DNA of 53,516 nt from Toensbergia leucococca (Eukaryota), in NCBI GenBank assembly GCA_022813965.1, contig JALDZS010000163.1:1-53516 (forward strand). Reading direction: 5' to 3'. This document shows positions 33,734 through 49,829 of this stretch, piece by piece. The position numbers and the translations under genes are program-made. Within the stretch, counting starts at the first letter, position 1, and every line of letters begins with the position of its first letter. Below the pieces are notes generated by a model, which ran no database searches, had not been told where the DNA came from, and saw nothing but the letters and a program-made list of their open reading frames with translations.

Positions 33734-34479
33734 TTATTCGAGTCTAAATGTATCTCAGCTCTGGATCCATACGTCATGCTAGCAGATAGACTCGCGGGCT
33801 TCTAATCATGCTGGGTGCAGAGAAAAGACTTTACCTTTCAATCAAATGAACCCCCGACGCAGTGTCTACCACGCGGCTGACTTCGCCTGGTTTCAGTGCG
33901 AATGCAGCGTCTTCAAATTCTTTTTGCATGTCTCCCTGTCCGAAGAAGCCACTAGAAGGTCTGTTTAGACTCTGTCAACGTTGGTGATTATGTCCACTTA
34001 CAGATCGCCCCTCTTCCTAGCGCTATTACAATCTGACTCGGTGACACTCAGATCACCTAATGTAGTTTGTCCGGATTTGATTCGCTGCTCATGGCCTAGA
34101 ATAATGCTTGTTGCCTCTTCTTTCGTCCTGGTAATCTCTGCTTCTCGCCAGCTGCTCGGGCGTCGGCTGTCCTTATGCTTCACGAGTAAATGAGCAGCAC
34201 GAATCTTCCCCTCCTTGGTTCCAACTCCATTCTGCCGGATGGCAGCGGCACTGTGAAATTGAGCCATGTAAGGCTTTAGCTTTTCGGTATCGGTGCCTGA
34301 GGGAGGTTCCCATCTTGATTCGTTATTGGTTGAATTGAAGTAGTAGGGTAGGTTCTTGGAATTGGAGTGCCGAACTTCCCAATTAGCGGGAAGACCTGAT
34401 TCGGGCTTACGAACAAAGGTCAGTATCAGATGAGGTCTGAAGACTTGGAGGCGTGGGCTTAAGGGTAGCCACTCACCAT
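33734..34479 (-). CDS. ESS1: Parvulin peptidyl-prolyl isomerase Ess1/Pin1, 4 exons
   Basis: WW domain ([20 protein letters not shown]...WEPP) and parvulin domain ([44 protein letters not shown]...GVHLIER|LE*). Introns 34476-34406, 34001-33952 and 33834-33744. Confidence 0.96.
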
Positions 34480-35911
34480 GGTGAAAAGACCGAAGACTGA
34501 CCGTCCGAGTGAACAGAGAGAGAGGAGAAGTCAACTTCTTTGAGATGAAAAGGACGAGCTATCGTTCACGTAGAGAACGTGAAGATAAAGTTGCTAACAG
34601 TTACTTCGCGGGGCGTTTGTTAAGCGCATACCCGGAGATGAATACGGAACACCTAAAGATAGATATTGGTGGGCTGTTTAGCGCCATAAGTATCAGAATC
34701 ATCATTTCTTTCATGGGACCTTTATCACTACATGTCAGAAATGACTAGGTTGGTTTACTCCGTACCCAGGGGAAACTCGTCCTATTAAGGATCTCCACAT
34801 TAGCGGCAGCTTTCCCACTCAGTAGTCGGACCCGTTGAGTGCCTGATATGTGGCGCAGCAGAAGATAGGCGAAAAAGGACTTCTCTGCCAGTTGGTCAGC
34901 GGTCAGCTGCAAAGCACTCAGAACTATGGAATCTCATTCAGAGTCTGACAGAAATTGTGCTGAGCAAAACAAGGAGTGATGATATTAGCAACTTGAATGA
35001 ACATTCCAATTCCCGTGCATGAGGGACTGTCTCATCACTAACGTCATCAACCATTTTTTTCCCAATCCCCCCTCCCCGTGCCTATCATTATATGGGACGA
35101 GAATTTCCGGCTCTGTTTCTCACTCCAAACCCATCAAGTATTTCGCCGCACCTGTCAGCGTGAGCCGCAAAAGGAATCCGCGGCCTTGCCTACTCTTCCG
35201 GCCTGCCGCTAGGGCAAATGGTATACCGATCGCCGCCATAGCAAGGGTGGGTCGAGGGTACGCGGCAATGGGAGGGGGAGGAGGTGGAGACGGGGTTGTA
35301 TTACCATCTGTGGCGGAGTGCGGATTCGGGTTGGGAGATTAAAGTAGAATTTACATCGGATTCCAAGGACGTTACGAAAACAGTGAATGTCGTGGAGAAA
35401 GGGAGGGTTAGCTAAGGGAGGTCGGAGCAATTGTGTGGATGGAGGAGCACTATGATTTTGGAGTGATCTCTACCTTGTTTCATGGTGACGATTGACAAGG
35501 CTTGATCAAGGAGAGAACGAGGAGTAGGTTGAAGACATGCAGGCTTGAATAGCCATGATGCAAGTCTTAAATCATAATCAGAACCCAACCCCCCCATCTT
35601 CAATTGACGAGTCAAAGACAGCAAAACCAGAGATGTATCGACAAGAGGAATCAGAAACAGCTTCTATCTAGCCCTCATACTGTGAAGTTTTGGGTGAAAA
35701 ATGAGCAAAGAAATAAAAGGGGTATCTATCGCGTACTCGGCTAATCTGACAGACACCCATTCGAAAGGAAATAGCAAGCCAGTCCACCATTTTCAGTCCC
35801 ATTTTCAATTCCAATTCCATTTTCCATTTTCCATGCGAACATGACTTCCAAAGATAAGCCCAAGATCCTTTCTCTTCCCAGAAACCCTGTTCCAAGCATA
35901 GCGTCAACCAC

Positions 35912-38088
35912 TCAAAAACTATACATGCGAACCTCGGAATCTTCACTCCCAGTACACATGCGGTTATCGCTCAATCCCACACAAGTCACCGCGCCCGTGT
36001 GACCCATGAACGTCCTCTCGCATTTCCCACTCCGCGCATCCCAAACCTTGACCATGCGATCTTCGGCCCCACTGACAACCCTTAAAGTATCAGCCGCAAG
36101 CGCCCATATACCCTCAACATGGCCAAAGTACGTGCGCAAGCATTTTTTGGTCGCAGTATCCCACAGGCGGATGGTGGAGTCGAGAGACCCGGTAAGCATG
36201 TAGCGGGCGGGGAGGGGACGGGTGGAGTCGAGGAAGCCGGGGCCGAAACTATCCGAGAGGGAAAGGGAGGCGGGATTGGCCGTTACGGCGGGCTGGTCGA
36301 GGGAGCTAGGTGGAGACGAGGAACCATCATGGTCGTGGTCGAGGTCTGTTTCTTCGTAGTCGAATTCGTGCGGGAGGGGCAGGACTTGCTGTACCTGTCC
36401 TACGTGGCCTTCGAATGTCTTGATACAGGATTTATTGTCTAGATCCCAGAGGCGTACGGTGCAGTCGTCGGAAGCGGAGAAGATGGTGCGAGACGCAAAA
36501 TCTACCTTCACAGCGTTGACCCAGTCTGTATGCCCGCGAAGGAGAAAGGTGGATTTGTCTTCAAAGTTCCAGATTTTAATGGTTTTATCCGTAGAGCCCG
36601 AGGCGAGAATAGGGTAGTCAAAATGTAGGCAGATGACTCCGCCGCTATGGCCCGTGTAGGTTGAAATACACTCACCTGTGCGCCAGTTCCAGACCTTAAG
36701 GGTAGAGTCGAGGCTACCGCTTATGAGTTTCGTGTCGTCGAATGAAAGGCAGCGGATACCCTGTTCGTGGCCTCTAAGAGTACGTAGCTCTCTGCCTGTT
36801 TCAATGTCCCAGATCTTGATTGTAGCATCGTATGATCCGGTCACAAGTATGTTTTCATCAAATTGCAAACACATGACTCCGTTTGTGTGGCCTCTAAAGA
36901 TCTTTGTCGAATAACGACCATGTTTCCAATTCGTGCCAACCTTAAATCTATCTTTGTAGACATCCTTCCATGGTCGAAAACGAGCTTGAAAGTATGAATC
37001 TACGTCAGTTTTTTCAGACAGAACAAGGGATCTTTTTTTGGTGGATTCCAGAGCTCTTGCAGGATCATTCGCTCCGGGTGAAGCACGTTTGTCTTTTCCC
37101 TCGAAGAAATATTTGGACGAAGAGCTCGACCTAGCATCTAGATCAGGATCACTGGAGTCCGGAGCAGATTCAGGAAATGGAGTTATGTTTGGCGACCACA
37201 CGTTCAGCCCTCTTCCAGTAGCCCGCAACTGAATTTGTCTTTTCGAAGCTCTCAATCTCTTCCTCTCCAATAACGGTAATCCCCAACCACATTTTGTACA
37301 TTTCCTATCGATATGCTGCTCGCACATCCTATGCCAGACTACGTCGTCATCTGCGAGTGTTCTCCACTTCTGACTGACTTGGGCAGCTTTGCACAAAGAG
37401 GTCGTGTCCAGATAGCATAAAATTTTGAAGGATATTTCTACAGGTAATAGCGTGAGAAAATCGATGCGGATGAGATCCTCGAGGTTGGCGGATAGATATG
37501 AGAGTTGAGAGAAGCAGCACTGGGCAAGGATGCCTTGAAGCATGAGATTTCGCTGTTTGGATGGAGCGGCTGAAAATAAGGACCAGACATGAGCTATACC
37601 TTGTTGATCGGCTTGTGATAGGGCTTCGAGCTCCTGACTGATTGTTAGTCCATAGCGCATTTCCTTCGGGAAATGTATGAACGAACATGCTGCAACTGGT
37701 CCATTGAAGGCTCATTGACTTTTCTCCGGCACTTCAGGTCTGGGCGGTGTCTGTAGCAGTACTTTGTATTTGGCTTTTTAGTCTCCTCAGTCTTAGGCTG
37801 GTGGGTTCCTCCCAAAGGCGCGTACTGGGTTGGAATGTGTTTGGCCAAGAACGGAGCGACATTCTGTCCTGCTTGTTCTGATGTAGCTAAGATCGAGATG
37901 CTCCCGTCATTGTACGTCTTGCTGTCCTGATTTGGGCCATCCGTGAAGCCGATGAGGCCAGCATCATGGGAAAAAGCGGCAGTGTCTGAAGGAATTCCAA
38001 TGGATGATGGAGTACTTCCCTGGAGTGTCGATATCCGCCTTCTCTTGGGAGCGGCTTCAATAAATTGGTGATCATCGGGAAGCATCAT
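35912..38088 (-). CDS. sconB: F-box/WD40 SCF substrate receptor, sulfur controller SconB/SCON-2/Met30
   Basis: [10 protein letters not shown]-box ([20 protein letters not shown]), [23 protein letters not shown] and multiple GH...WD repeats. Intron 37686-37634. Confidence 0.95.
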
Positions 38089-38439
38089 TTATGGTATCAC
38101 TCGTGTCGGTAAAACGGTAAGAAAGGACGTATCTGGATCAAGATCTTGAACAAAGAAATGTTAAGTCAACCGCATGTCGGAAGAATTCGCCATCGATGGC
38201 GTGCGAGGGGAATTCCCTGAATGTCGGTAAGATTCCAGGCTGGTTTCCGGGAAAAGAGCTAATCTCCTACGGATAGCATTATGGAGTAGGCACAGGTCGC
38301 TGGATACATTTCAGATCGCTGGACACGAAGAGCAAAAGGTAAAGGAAACCTTACTGTCGCACGACCATTTTGCCAAGACTTATCGTTCATCCCTCGATCT
38401 CGCCGAGCTCGCTTCTTCCCGCTCGACCCCCGCTAAGCT

Positions 38440-38448
38440 TCACGTGAC
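38440..38448. promoter_or_regulatory. TCACGTGAC E-box (Cbf1-type bHLH site) in the divergent sconB/ATG17 promoter
   Basis: Exact palindromic TCACGTGA at 38440-38447. The function is inferred only. Confidence 0.35.
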
Positions 38449-38751
38449 AAGTTAGAACAACATGAAGCAGATTGGCGAGGCTGCCTCGCTGCCAACTCCA
38501 TCTAAATTGTCAGTGTCACTTTTCAGCAGGTGAACTGTATGGTACCAGGGCCTGGGCCTTGCCAACGACCCTACAGATCTCAAAATGTAGCCATCAAATT
38601 CATTATCCACTCTTCATTGCTCAAAATCCCTTTTCAGAAGCAACGTTGAAAGTATTTGTGGTACGAAAAGATATATGTGGACTATTTCACGAGGTATTCA
38701 GTCCTAACACATTTGTATAGCATTGACCTTCTTCTTCGCCTTCCTCGCAAA

Positions 38752-40188
38752 ATGTCATCCTCAAACGAGAGCATCGACCAAAACCCCTTTGACACAGCAT
38801 CTACAACGCTCGAAACACTTGTGTCACACCTCCTCGCATCGAAACGCTCTCTATCATCCATCAACCAAGTATGGCGTGCCAACGAGCTCGTCACATCCAC
38901 CCGTCGATCTCTCGAGTCGAGCGTAATCGCCCGAGCCCGCACAGATTTTCTCAGAAGCGGTCTTGATGAACAAGTCAAGATTCTTGAAAAGGTGCGGAAC
39001 AGCACCAGAGAGGTAGCCGTGGAAGGCGCTGCTGAGTTCAAAGGCGTGATCAAAGATCTGGATGCTGCCGACGAGCGGCTTCGCCAGACGCTTAAGCAAC
39101 TCAGGGCTACGGTAGTGGAAACGAGTTTGAGGCCTGATGGTGATGGGGAGAGAAGCCTGATGGATTTTGTAGACGAGACGGGCGTGGATGGCTTGATGGC
39201 TACGATTAAAGAGTCTATCGACGCTGCCGGTGGAGTACTCAGTGACTTCGAGCAGTCGAATGAGGCTTTTGATGGGGATCTGGACGGGGTGAAGGACCTC
39301 CTGGAATCCAGGAGTATACAGACGCCAGGTCCCAAAGTAGGGAATGATAGAAGAAAATCGCCGATACCTGATATATTGCGTAACATGGAGGATCATGCAG
39401 AGGAGATGGCAGATAACTTGGAATCACTAGTGAAACATTTCGATTTTTGCGTTACGGCTATCAAACAAACAGAAGGTGGGGACGATGCTGCTCAACAAAT
39501 TGCTGGCGATCTGCCCAAAGGAGTAGAGGTTGGGCAAAACGATAGTGATGCGCGTTCCAAGTTTTTGAGCGAGGATGAGAGTAAGGAAATGATGGAGGTA
39601 CTCGAGAAAGACGCGAATCAAGTGGAAGATGTGGTAATGGATATTAGAGACCGTATGATCGAAATGGAAGCTCAGCATGAACTTGTGGTTAGCTACAAGG
39701 AGGAATGTGGTCAAAAGGCGGAGGGCACGACGGCTGCTTTCAGACTCCTCGAACATATCGGTTCTAGATTACCAGGGTACATCACTCAAAGCCATCTCTT
39801 TCTCATGCGCTGGGATGAAGAGAAATCTAAGATCGAAGAGCGCCTGGAGGAACTGGAAGGATTGAGGGAGTTCTATCTTGGCTTCCTTAGAGCTTATGAC
39901 AATCTACTCATTGAAATTGGCAGAAGGAAGATTGTTAAGGGGAAAATCGAGAAAGTGGCTCAAGATGCAATGACCAAGATCGAAAGATTATCCGAGGACG
40001 ACGCCGCCGAGAGAGACTCCTTTAGGAAGGAGCAAGGAGACTTCCTTCCTGCCGATATATGGCCTGGCCTGACGGACGATCCCATGCAATACCAGATCTC
40101 AGTTGTCGATGGTGGTGCTGGAAAGATGCCTGACGTGTCTGATATCGCAATTCAGCAAGCAATTAACAGAATGAGCGGAAAGAATTAG
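38752..40188 (+). CDS. ATG17: Autophagy scaffold protein Atg17
   Basis: LLASKRSLSSI, LMDFVDE, LESLVKHFDFC, AYDNLLIEIGRR and F...GDFLPADIWPG in an acidic coiled coil. First ATG at 38752. Confidence 0.93.
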   Translation: MSSSNESIDQNPFDTASTTLETLVSHLLASKRSLSSINQVWRANELVTSTRRSLESSVIARARTDFLRSGLDEQVKILEKVRNSTREVAVEGAAEFKGVIKDLDAADERLRQTLKQLRATVVETSLRPDGDGERSLMDFVDETGVDGLMATIKESIDAAGGVLSDFEQSNEAFDGDLDGVKDLLESRSIQTPGPKVGNDRRKSPIPDILRNMEDHAEEMADNLESLVKHFDFCVTAIKQTEGGDDAAQQIAGDLPKGVEVGQNDSDARSKFLSEDESKEMMEVLEKDANQVEDVVMDIRDRMIEMEAQHELVVSYKEECGQKAEGTTAAFRLLEHIGSRLPGYITQSHLFLMRWDEEKSKIEERLEELEGLREFYLGFLRAYDNLLIEIGRRKIVKGKIEKVAQDAMTKIERLSEDDAAERDSFRKEQGDFLPADIWPGLTDDPMQYQISVVDGGAGKMPDVSDIAIQQAINRMSGKN

Positions 40189-40612
40189 AGTATGGTATAC
40201 GTTTGCATTGAAATGGCCATATTGTGTATTGTGCGTTGTCAAAACGAGCGTCCTGAGGGGAGTTTTCTGGGGCCGATCCGAAGTAGTCGTACGCCTGGTC
40301 TGTTCCACTTAAGAGGTAAGCATGAGTTGTAATACTGAGCGTAATACGAGCACTGATCAAAGATCCAGGTTTCTCAGCGCTCTCTTTATTCAGCAGTGAG
40401 CCAGAGAAGGCTCCTTCATCTTCAAGACCGACCAGGGAGGCGAGGCTTCTACGAACGAGGAACCATACGCCAGGCTGTGCATGCAGGAAGTATATAGGTT
40501 CATCATCGAAATATGATCAATCAACTAATGCCAACGTACCTTAGCATACGAAGCATCTTGACAAAAATCCTCTACATCAGGATCCCAACGAAGTTGTATC
40601 CAGATAGAATGA

Positions 40613-42322
40613 TCAGTGCTTTGGTTTCGCAGTACTACTTATCATTTTCTTCTTGAGATGTTTGGGCATCTTCGTTTCTCTCTTTGCCCTTTTCTCCTCC
40701 TTCACTTGTTGCTTATGTTCCTTCTTTGCCCCCTTATCCTCAAAACGCTTACCGCGAGGATCCTTTTTGGCGTATGGATCGAAGTTTTCATCATTAACAG
40801 TATCATAATGGGATGACTCGTTGCTATCAATTTCGACGGCTGTTGGGGGATCGTTCATGGTTGTGTCAAGTGCTGCTGCATTGGGTACAGTTTTCTCTGC
40901 AAGCAAATGCCGGTAGACGAGGTCGTCTTGGCCGCCCAATCCGACCTGTTCGGCATCTCTTTCGATGTCATAAACCTGATCGAGAGTTTGGGGAATGTAT
41001 TGATTGCGAAACACCTCGTTCTCAACTTCTTTCTCTGCGCTCTCATCATCCTCCACATCTACTCGAATTTCGTATAACTTTTCTATATCTTTGCCCGTCT
41101 CCGATAAAACTACACTGCCTTCTAGTTTCGTCACAAAGCCAAATATCGTTCTCTCCGAGAGTGTATCCACACCTTTGCGCCCAAAGAAATCGGTGACATT
41201 CTTGACGTCCATTCGCAAAAACTCTAGACTTCGAGGATGGTCATGCTCAACACTTTGGCTGACATCGATGATCCATAGCTTATCGTCGTGGTAGAGAAGA
41301 TTATACTCACTCAAGTCTGCGTGGACGAGGCGGCATTTCTGATACAAGACTCGCATGTATCCTAAAAGCTGTACGTAGAGTGAGAGCCATCTAGCTTCAA
41401 TATCGATACCTTCGAGTTCAACATCCTTCAGCCGTGGAGCGGGTGTTCCTCTTTTGTCACCAAGAAATCCCATTACAAGTACATGAAGACGAAGGTATAC
41501 TGGCTCTGGACACGGTATGCCCGATGCATAGATTCGCTTAAGGTTTCTCATCTCTTTCTCCGCCCATACCTTTACCATCGCTCGATTATTGCTTTTATTG
41601 TAGCCTTGCCTAAATCTGTATTCGCCGGTTACGTATTTGTCTCTATCTTTGAATACCAAAATGCTCGTCTTGTAGACCTTAATTGCTCGATGTAGGGAAA
41701 TCATAGTAGCCTCTGCACCTTCCCCCTCGGACACCGAGAGTGCGTGATAAACATTGGCTTCTTTGCCAGTTGATAGACAGCCATTCACTTCCGATACGAT
41801 GTCACGATTGATCATCTGAAGCAGAACCATGCGTGTGCGCGGGTCAAGCACTTGCTCGCTCGTGGCTCGATCGCTCTTGTCGGCAGTCCTATCATTCTTG
41901 CCTCCAAGGCCCGATTGCCTGTCATCAAGCTTTAGCTTAGCAGCATGTCGAGATAGTGAGGTGACTTGGTCATCAACAGAAGCCAGGGTATTCGCCATGG
42001 GCTTCTGAGGATTTGTTTTTGGGGGAGTGGAATTATGAGCGTTTGGGTCTGAGGAGGCTTCTTGAAGGCGACGCTGGCGGTTGTAATTCTTGGTAAAGTC
42101 TGATGGATTGTACGACGCGTAATCGTCCTGGTCGAGCTCATCTCCAGCAAGTATGTCATCATAGTCTTCGTCTGCTTCCTCACTGTTCGAAATTTGGTTC
42201 AGATTTGATACTATTCCATCCTGAACATTGGGTCCTTCAATGAGATGATGCACATAGCCTTGACCCTGGATGTATTCATGTGTCGGAGCTTGACCTGCTG
42301 CCGGGTCTGTAAGACTTGACAT
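40613..42322 (-). CDS. RIO1: RIO-family atypical kinase Rio1 (sudD)
   Basis: DRATSEQVLDPRT, STGKEANVY, AIKVYKTSILVFKDR, LVHADLSEYN, IDVSQSVEHDHP and a K-rich tail. Confidence 0.98.
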   Translation of the reverse strand: MSSLTDPAAGQAPTHEYIQGQGYVHHLIEGPNVQDGIVSNLNQISNSEEADEDYDDILAGDELDQDDYASYNPSDFTKNYNRQRRLQEASSDPNAHNSTPPKTNPQKPMANTLASVDDQVTSLSRHAAKLKLDDRQSGLGGKNDRTADKSDRATSEQVLDPRTRMVLLQMINRDIVSEVNGCLSTGKEANVYHALSVSEGEGAEATMISLHRAIKVYKTSILVFKDRDKYVTGEYRFRQGYNKSNNRAMVKVWAEKEMRNLKRIYASGIPCPEPVYLRLHVLVMGFLGDKRGTPAPRLKDVELEGIDIEARWLSLYVQLLGYMRVLYQKCRLVHADLSEYNLLYHDDKLWIIDVSQSVEHDHPRSLEFLRMDVKNVTDFFGRKGVDTLSERTIFGFVTKLEGSVVLSETGKDIEKLYEIRVDVEDDESAEKEVENEVFRNQYIPQTLDQVYDIERDAEQVGLGGQDDLVYRHLLAEKTVPNAAALDTTMNDPPTAVEIDSNESSHYDTVNDENFDPYAKKDPRGKRFEDKGAKKEHKQQVKEEKRAKRETKMPKHLKKKMISSTAKPKH

Positions 42323-42536
42323 GATGTCGATGGTGTTATTCCGTATGGAGTACGGAGTACCTTTGGGGCGAAATCAGCCAGTGTGCGAGGAACGTTACCT
42401 GGCTCCCTAGAATAGAACTCCACAACGCGCCAGTGTAGCGAAGTCAGCCCTAAATTGATCGCGTCGCCCTTCGACTACGGATACTATCGACAGACTTTAT
42501 CGAAGCATCGGCGCACATTTTCCGTTCACGAAGTAG

Positions 42537-46395
<3,859 letters not shown>

Positions 46396-49300
46396 GGGAA
46401 GTTGAAGAAGAAGGTGCTGGTGTTGAGAATGGGTTGTGGTCATGAAAGTAAGGTCCATTCGCCGTGGGGTCTTGTTAATTGGCCTTTGCTACTTTGTATG
46501 ATATCCACCTTGGCGTCAGGATATGCCTCAATCTATTGAGGTTTGCTCAAACCACTGCATGCTCCTCGCATTGCTCTCGTGGACTTAATCCCATGATCTG
46601 GTAAATCGAAGCCCTACTTGTGGAGGTGCCATGATTCACAGATGATATTGACATATTATTTACAATGTAGCCATGTGATAGATCCAGGGTGTGGTTTACA
46701 TCTCTTCATATGGAAGCCAAGTCTAACCACCCATCAAGAGCATGAAAGGTTGCACCTGGTACCCCTGTTAAGCGAATTAGGGCACAACCCATCGATACCC
46801 GTAGTAACAAATCGCAGGATCCCGCTCGCAAAGGCTTGAGGTACTTCCTGTCGTTTCATTCGCTGCTCCGGGGCCGGAGTCCCAGTCCGTTAGGTATGGA
46901 GTATTTTTTGTCTCACAAAATGCTACTGTTACTTTTGCCGTTGCTGTTCAAGCGCTCGGACTATGGCGCGATGGCTTGCATTAGCGAGCAGTGGTACAAA
47001 GTACCTTAGGTACTAGTAAGGTATATGCATGAAGGGGGTGGTGGCTTGCAGTAAGCATTTCGTTGGGACTTTTGGAACTTTGGAACAAAAACACCGAGGA
47101 ATTTACCCGAGACATAGACCCTAAGTTTTAGAGTACAGTCAGAAGTTAGAGCTTATCAAGATCTCTCTCGTAGGACATATCCTGGTAGTAGCACATCCGA
47201 ATTGCCAGATCTGGACTTGATTGTTGAACCTGATTGGATTCTCAGTCAAGAACCCCCACGATTTCATTATTGAAACCTCACATGAATTCAGCATTTAATG
47301 TGGGCAACCGGCGAGATCTTCAAACTGATCGGCTTGCCTGTGCATGAAGCGCCGTTCCATGCAGGCAAAATGATAGGGTCCAGCGATATAAATGGACCGT
47401 ATCAGCGGCTGAATGGTGGGGCAACGCGACCCTGATTCTTATCTTTGTCCTTGCGCGAAATTGATATCAACACCGGATTGAGGAACCGAATGTCTTGATA
47501 TGGGATGAGAAAGTCAATGACGCTTGGGTTAAGCTTGCATGTGAAAACTCGAAAGATTCTGCCAGATGAATCGAATTAAACATCTGTGTTGGCGTGATAG
47601 GGGTCCTTCTCCGTCAATAAAGTGTTGATCAAACGGCGTGTTGGATGCACGTGTTTCAAATCGTATGGTCGCCACAACCAGAGGCCACTCTCTTAACTTT
47701 ATTTGAACATGAGCCATCGAGGAACGGGTCATAGAATAGTATCCAATTTTACCTTAAATCTGGCAAATTTACATGTATTGCTGAGTAACCAGCCAGAGAG
47801 ATACATGAATTTCCTACTTTAGCTTCAAGCAGATAGTCGTATTGGGTGAGTCCCAACTAGAGTACATGTTTTATAGATATTTACTCGGCGGGAAGAGATG
47901 ATTTTCATGCTCTATCAAGTTCAAACAATTGGTGCAATTGCCGTAACGGACGTTAGTTTTGTCAGACCGTCACCAAGTGCCTCCCGCGCGGGGAAATAAA
48001 AGTATCAGACTTGGGTCGAAAATCTTAGAATATCATTTGACGGGCCAAGAGATCAAGACAGCTGCTTTTCCCCATCCAGTATGTAAAGATGCCCGATCGC
48101 TGCATGAAACCAAGGTCAACGGTACCATGGAGTGAGTGGAGTAGATTGATATCCAGACACTCATCCTCGTTACCGGATGTCCAAGAGCACGATGAGGTGC
48201 CAGTTAAAGAGATCCGGGAAGGTAGAATAGTCTTGTATGCGCTTTGCTAAAACCGAAGGAGCGATCGGAGCCTTGGTTCGACATTGTATGGTTGAGAGCA
48301 CCTCAGTTCTCACTTGTCAGCATCCAATAGAGTTTTTGACCTTGACATTTGCATGTGCCATTGAAATTCCCCAGTCCTGCCTTTTTCCCCACAAAAGATA
48401 ATTTTCCCCCACCACACTTCTCGATCTGATTCCGGATTAGCCCTGCCGATCCTACAATAGGGAGTGGATGCGGGCGCTTGATCCATAAGTCCATATCTGA
48501 TATCCATTCATCGTCTATGGTTTCTTACCGCTGACGAATTACTCGCATGTAGAGTAGAATACTCTTTATCATGCTAGAATTGCGTTCTATCAGCAAGACC
48601 GTCAGGCAGCTCGGTTGAATAGTCCGTGCCTGTTATATTGCAAGTTCCTAGGATGCCTGCAGGTTATTTGCACGTTGGATCAAGCCAGCGCGCTCTTTCG
48701 TGAGGTGAAACATAACATGACACAAAGCCAGATGATGAATGCATATGTACTTTACAGTCTACATACAAATACTGAACTGGTCGTAGGGCAGTCTACTCAT
48801 CAGCATGAACTAGGGTGGGTTTTTGGAAGAGCTATCAACATTCAACAGGTTGTGAATAATTTCAATGTTTGATGTTTACGAGTGAAGGCTAATCGGATAA
48901 ATTGCAATTGCTGTTTTGGGCTGTGGTGGTAATGTTGGTAATCTGCGAGCTCTCCTCCGGGGCGCTAGTAAGATTTGTCTTTTTCCATGGAAGTCAAAGA
49001 ATAACGTTTTTCTGGCAGGGTACGATTGGCCGGATGCGGGTTGTAGCGGCATTTCGGCAGGGTTACGTTTCCTAACCAAACAGGCTACTTGTATTGTCAG
49101 ACAGCATTTTTCCCTTGATGTTCCTTGAGGTAGATAGGCCTTGATCCTTGCAATCGCTTTTTGGTGTGAACGCTTGTATGCTTGGATCCGAGTATTCCCA
49201 CTCGGCCCTCACGCCATATTCAAAGCCCCATCCTCCACGCCTACCACCTACGACCTCCTACATCTCCAACCCGAACCTCTTTTCTTTCTCCAAGTGAGAT

Positions 49301-49829
49301 TTCCGTAGCCTGCTGAATTCTACTCCATCGCTCGTCTTACTTTTTGCCCTGTACGCCTTTTCCTCGGGCCGTTGCCATAAAATTCACGTTCTTCACAACA
49401 ACACCAACAAAAACCAAGAAGTTGTGTTGAATTTGTCTTGTCCTCTAGTAACAAAGAATAATTGACACTCGTTCTGCTCGAGTCTTCTTCTAACCTCCAC
49501 CTACATCTTACCTATTGTCACATTCACTAATTCGGGACCCTGCATCGAGATCCTTCGTAAGTTTTGTACTCCACTACCACGGGAGAACATCACTTACATC
49601 ATTGCATCCTCTGTTACTCAGTTCTCACGTTTCTCCAAGAGGTCTAGCTAACCGGACTTTCATATCCAGCAGGTAGCCCGTCTTGCAGAAGTTCTCCAAC
49701 TTCGGCCTACTCCTTCACTCTTCTATGATCTTCACCATTTGACGACTCCTCCCTGTGACGATTCACTTCTTGTATAATATCCACGAATCTCCTACACGAT
49801 TATCCTGGCGACCATCCTCAGCCGTTCTG

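Noticed and set aside
38682..39396. Long antisense ORFs over ATG17, and those over SMC3 and RIO1
   Set aside because: Typical shadows of coiled-coil or biased coding sequence.
48230..48290. GGTTCGA T-loop-like word suggesting a tRNA
   Set aside because: No cloverleaf stems or A-box could be built around it.
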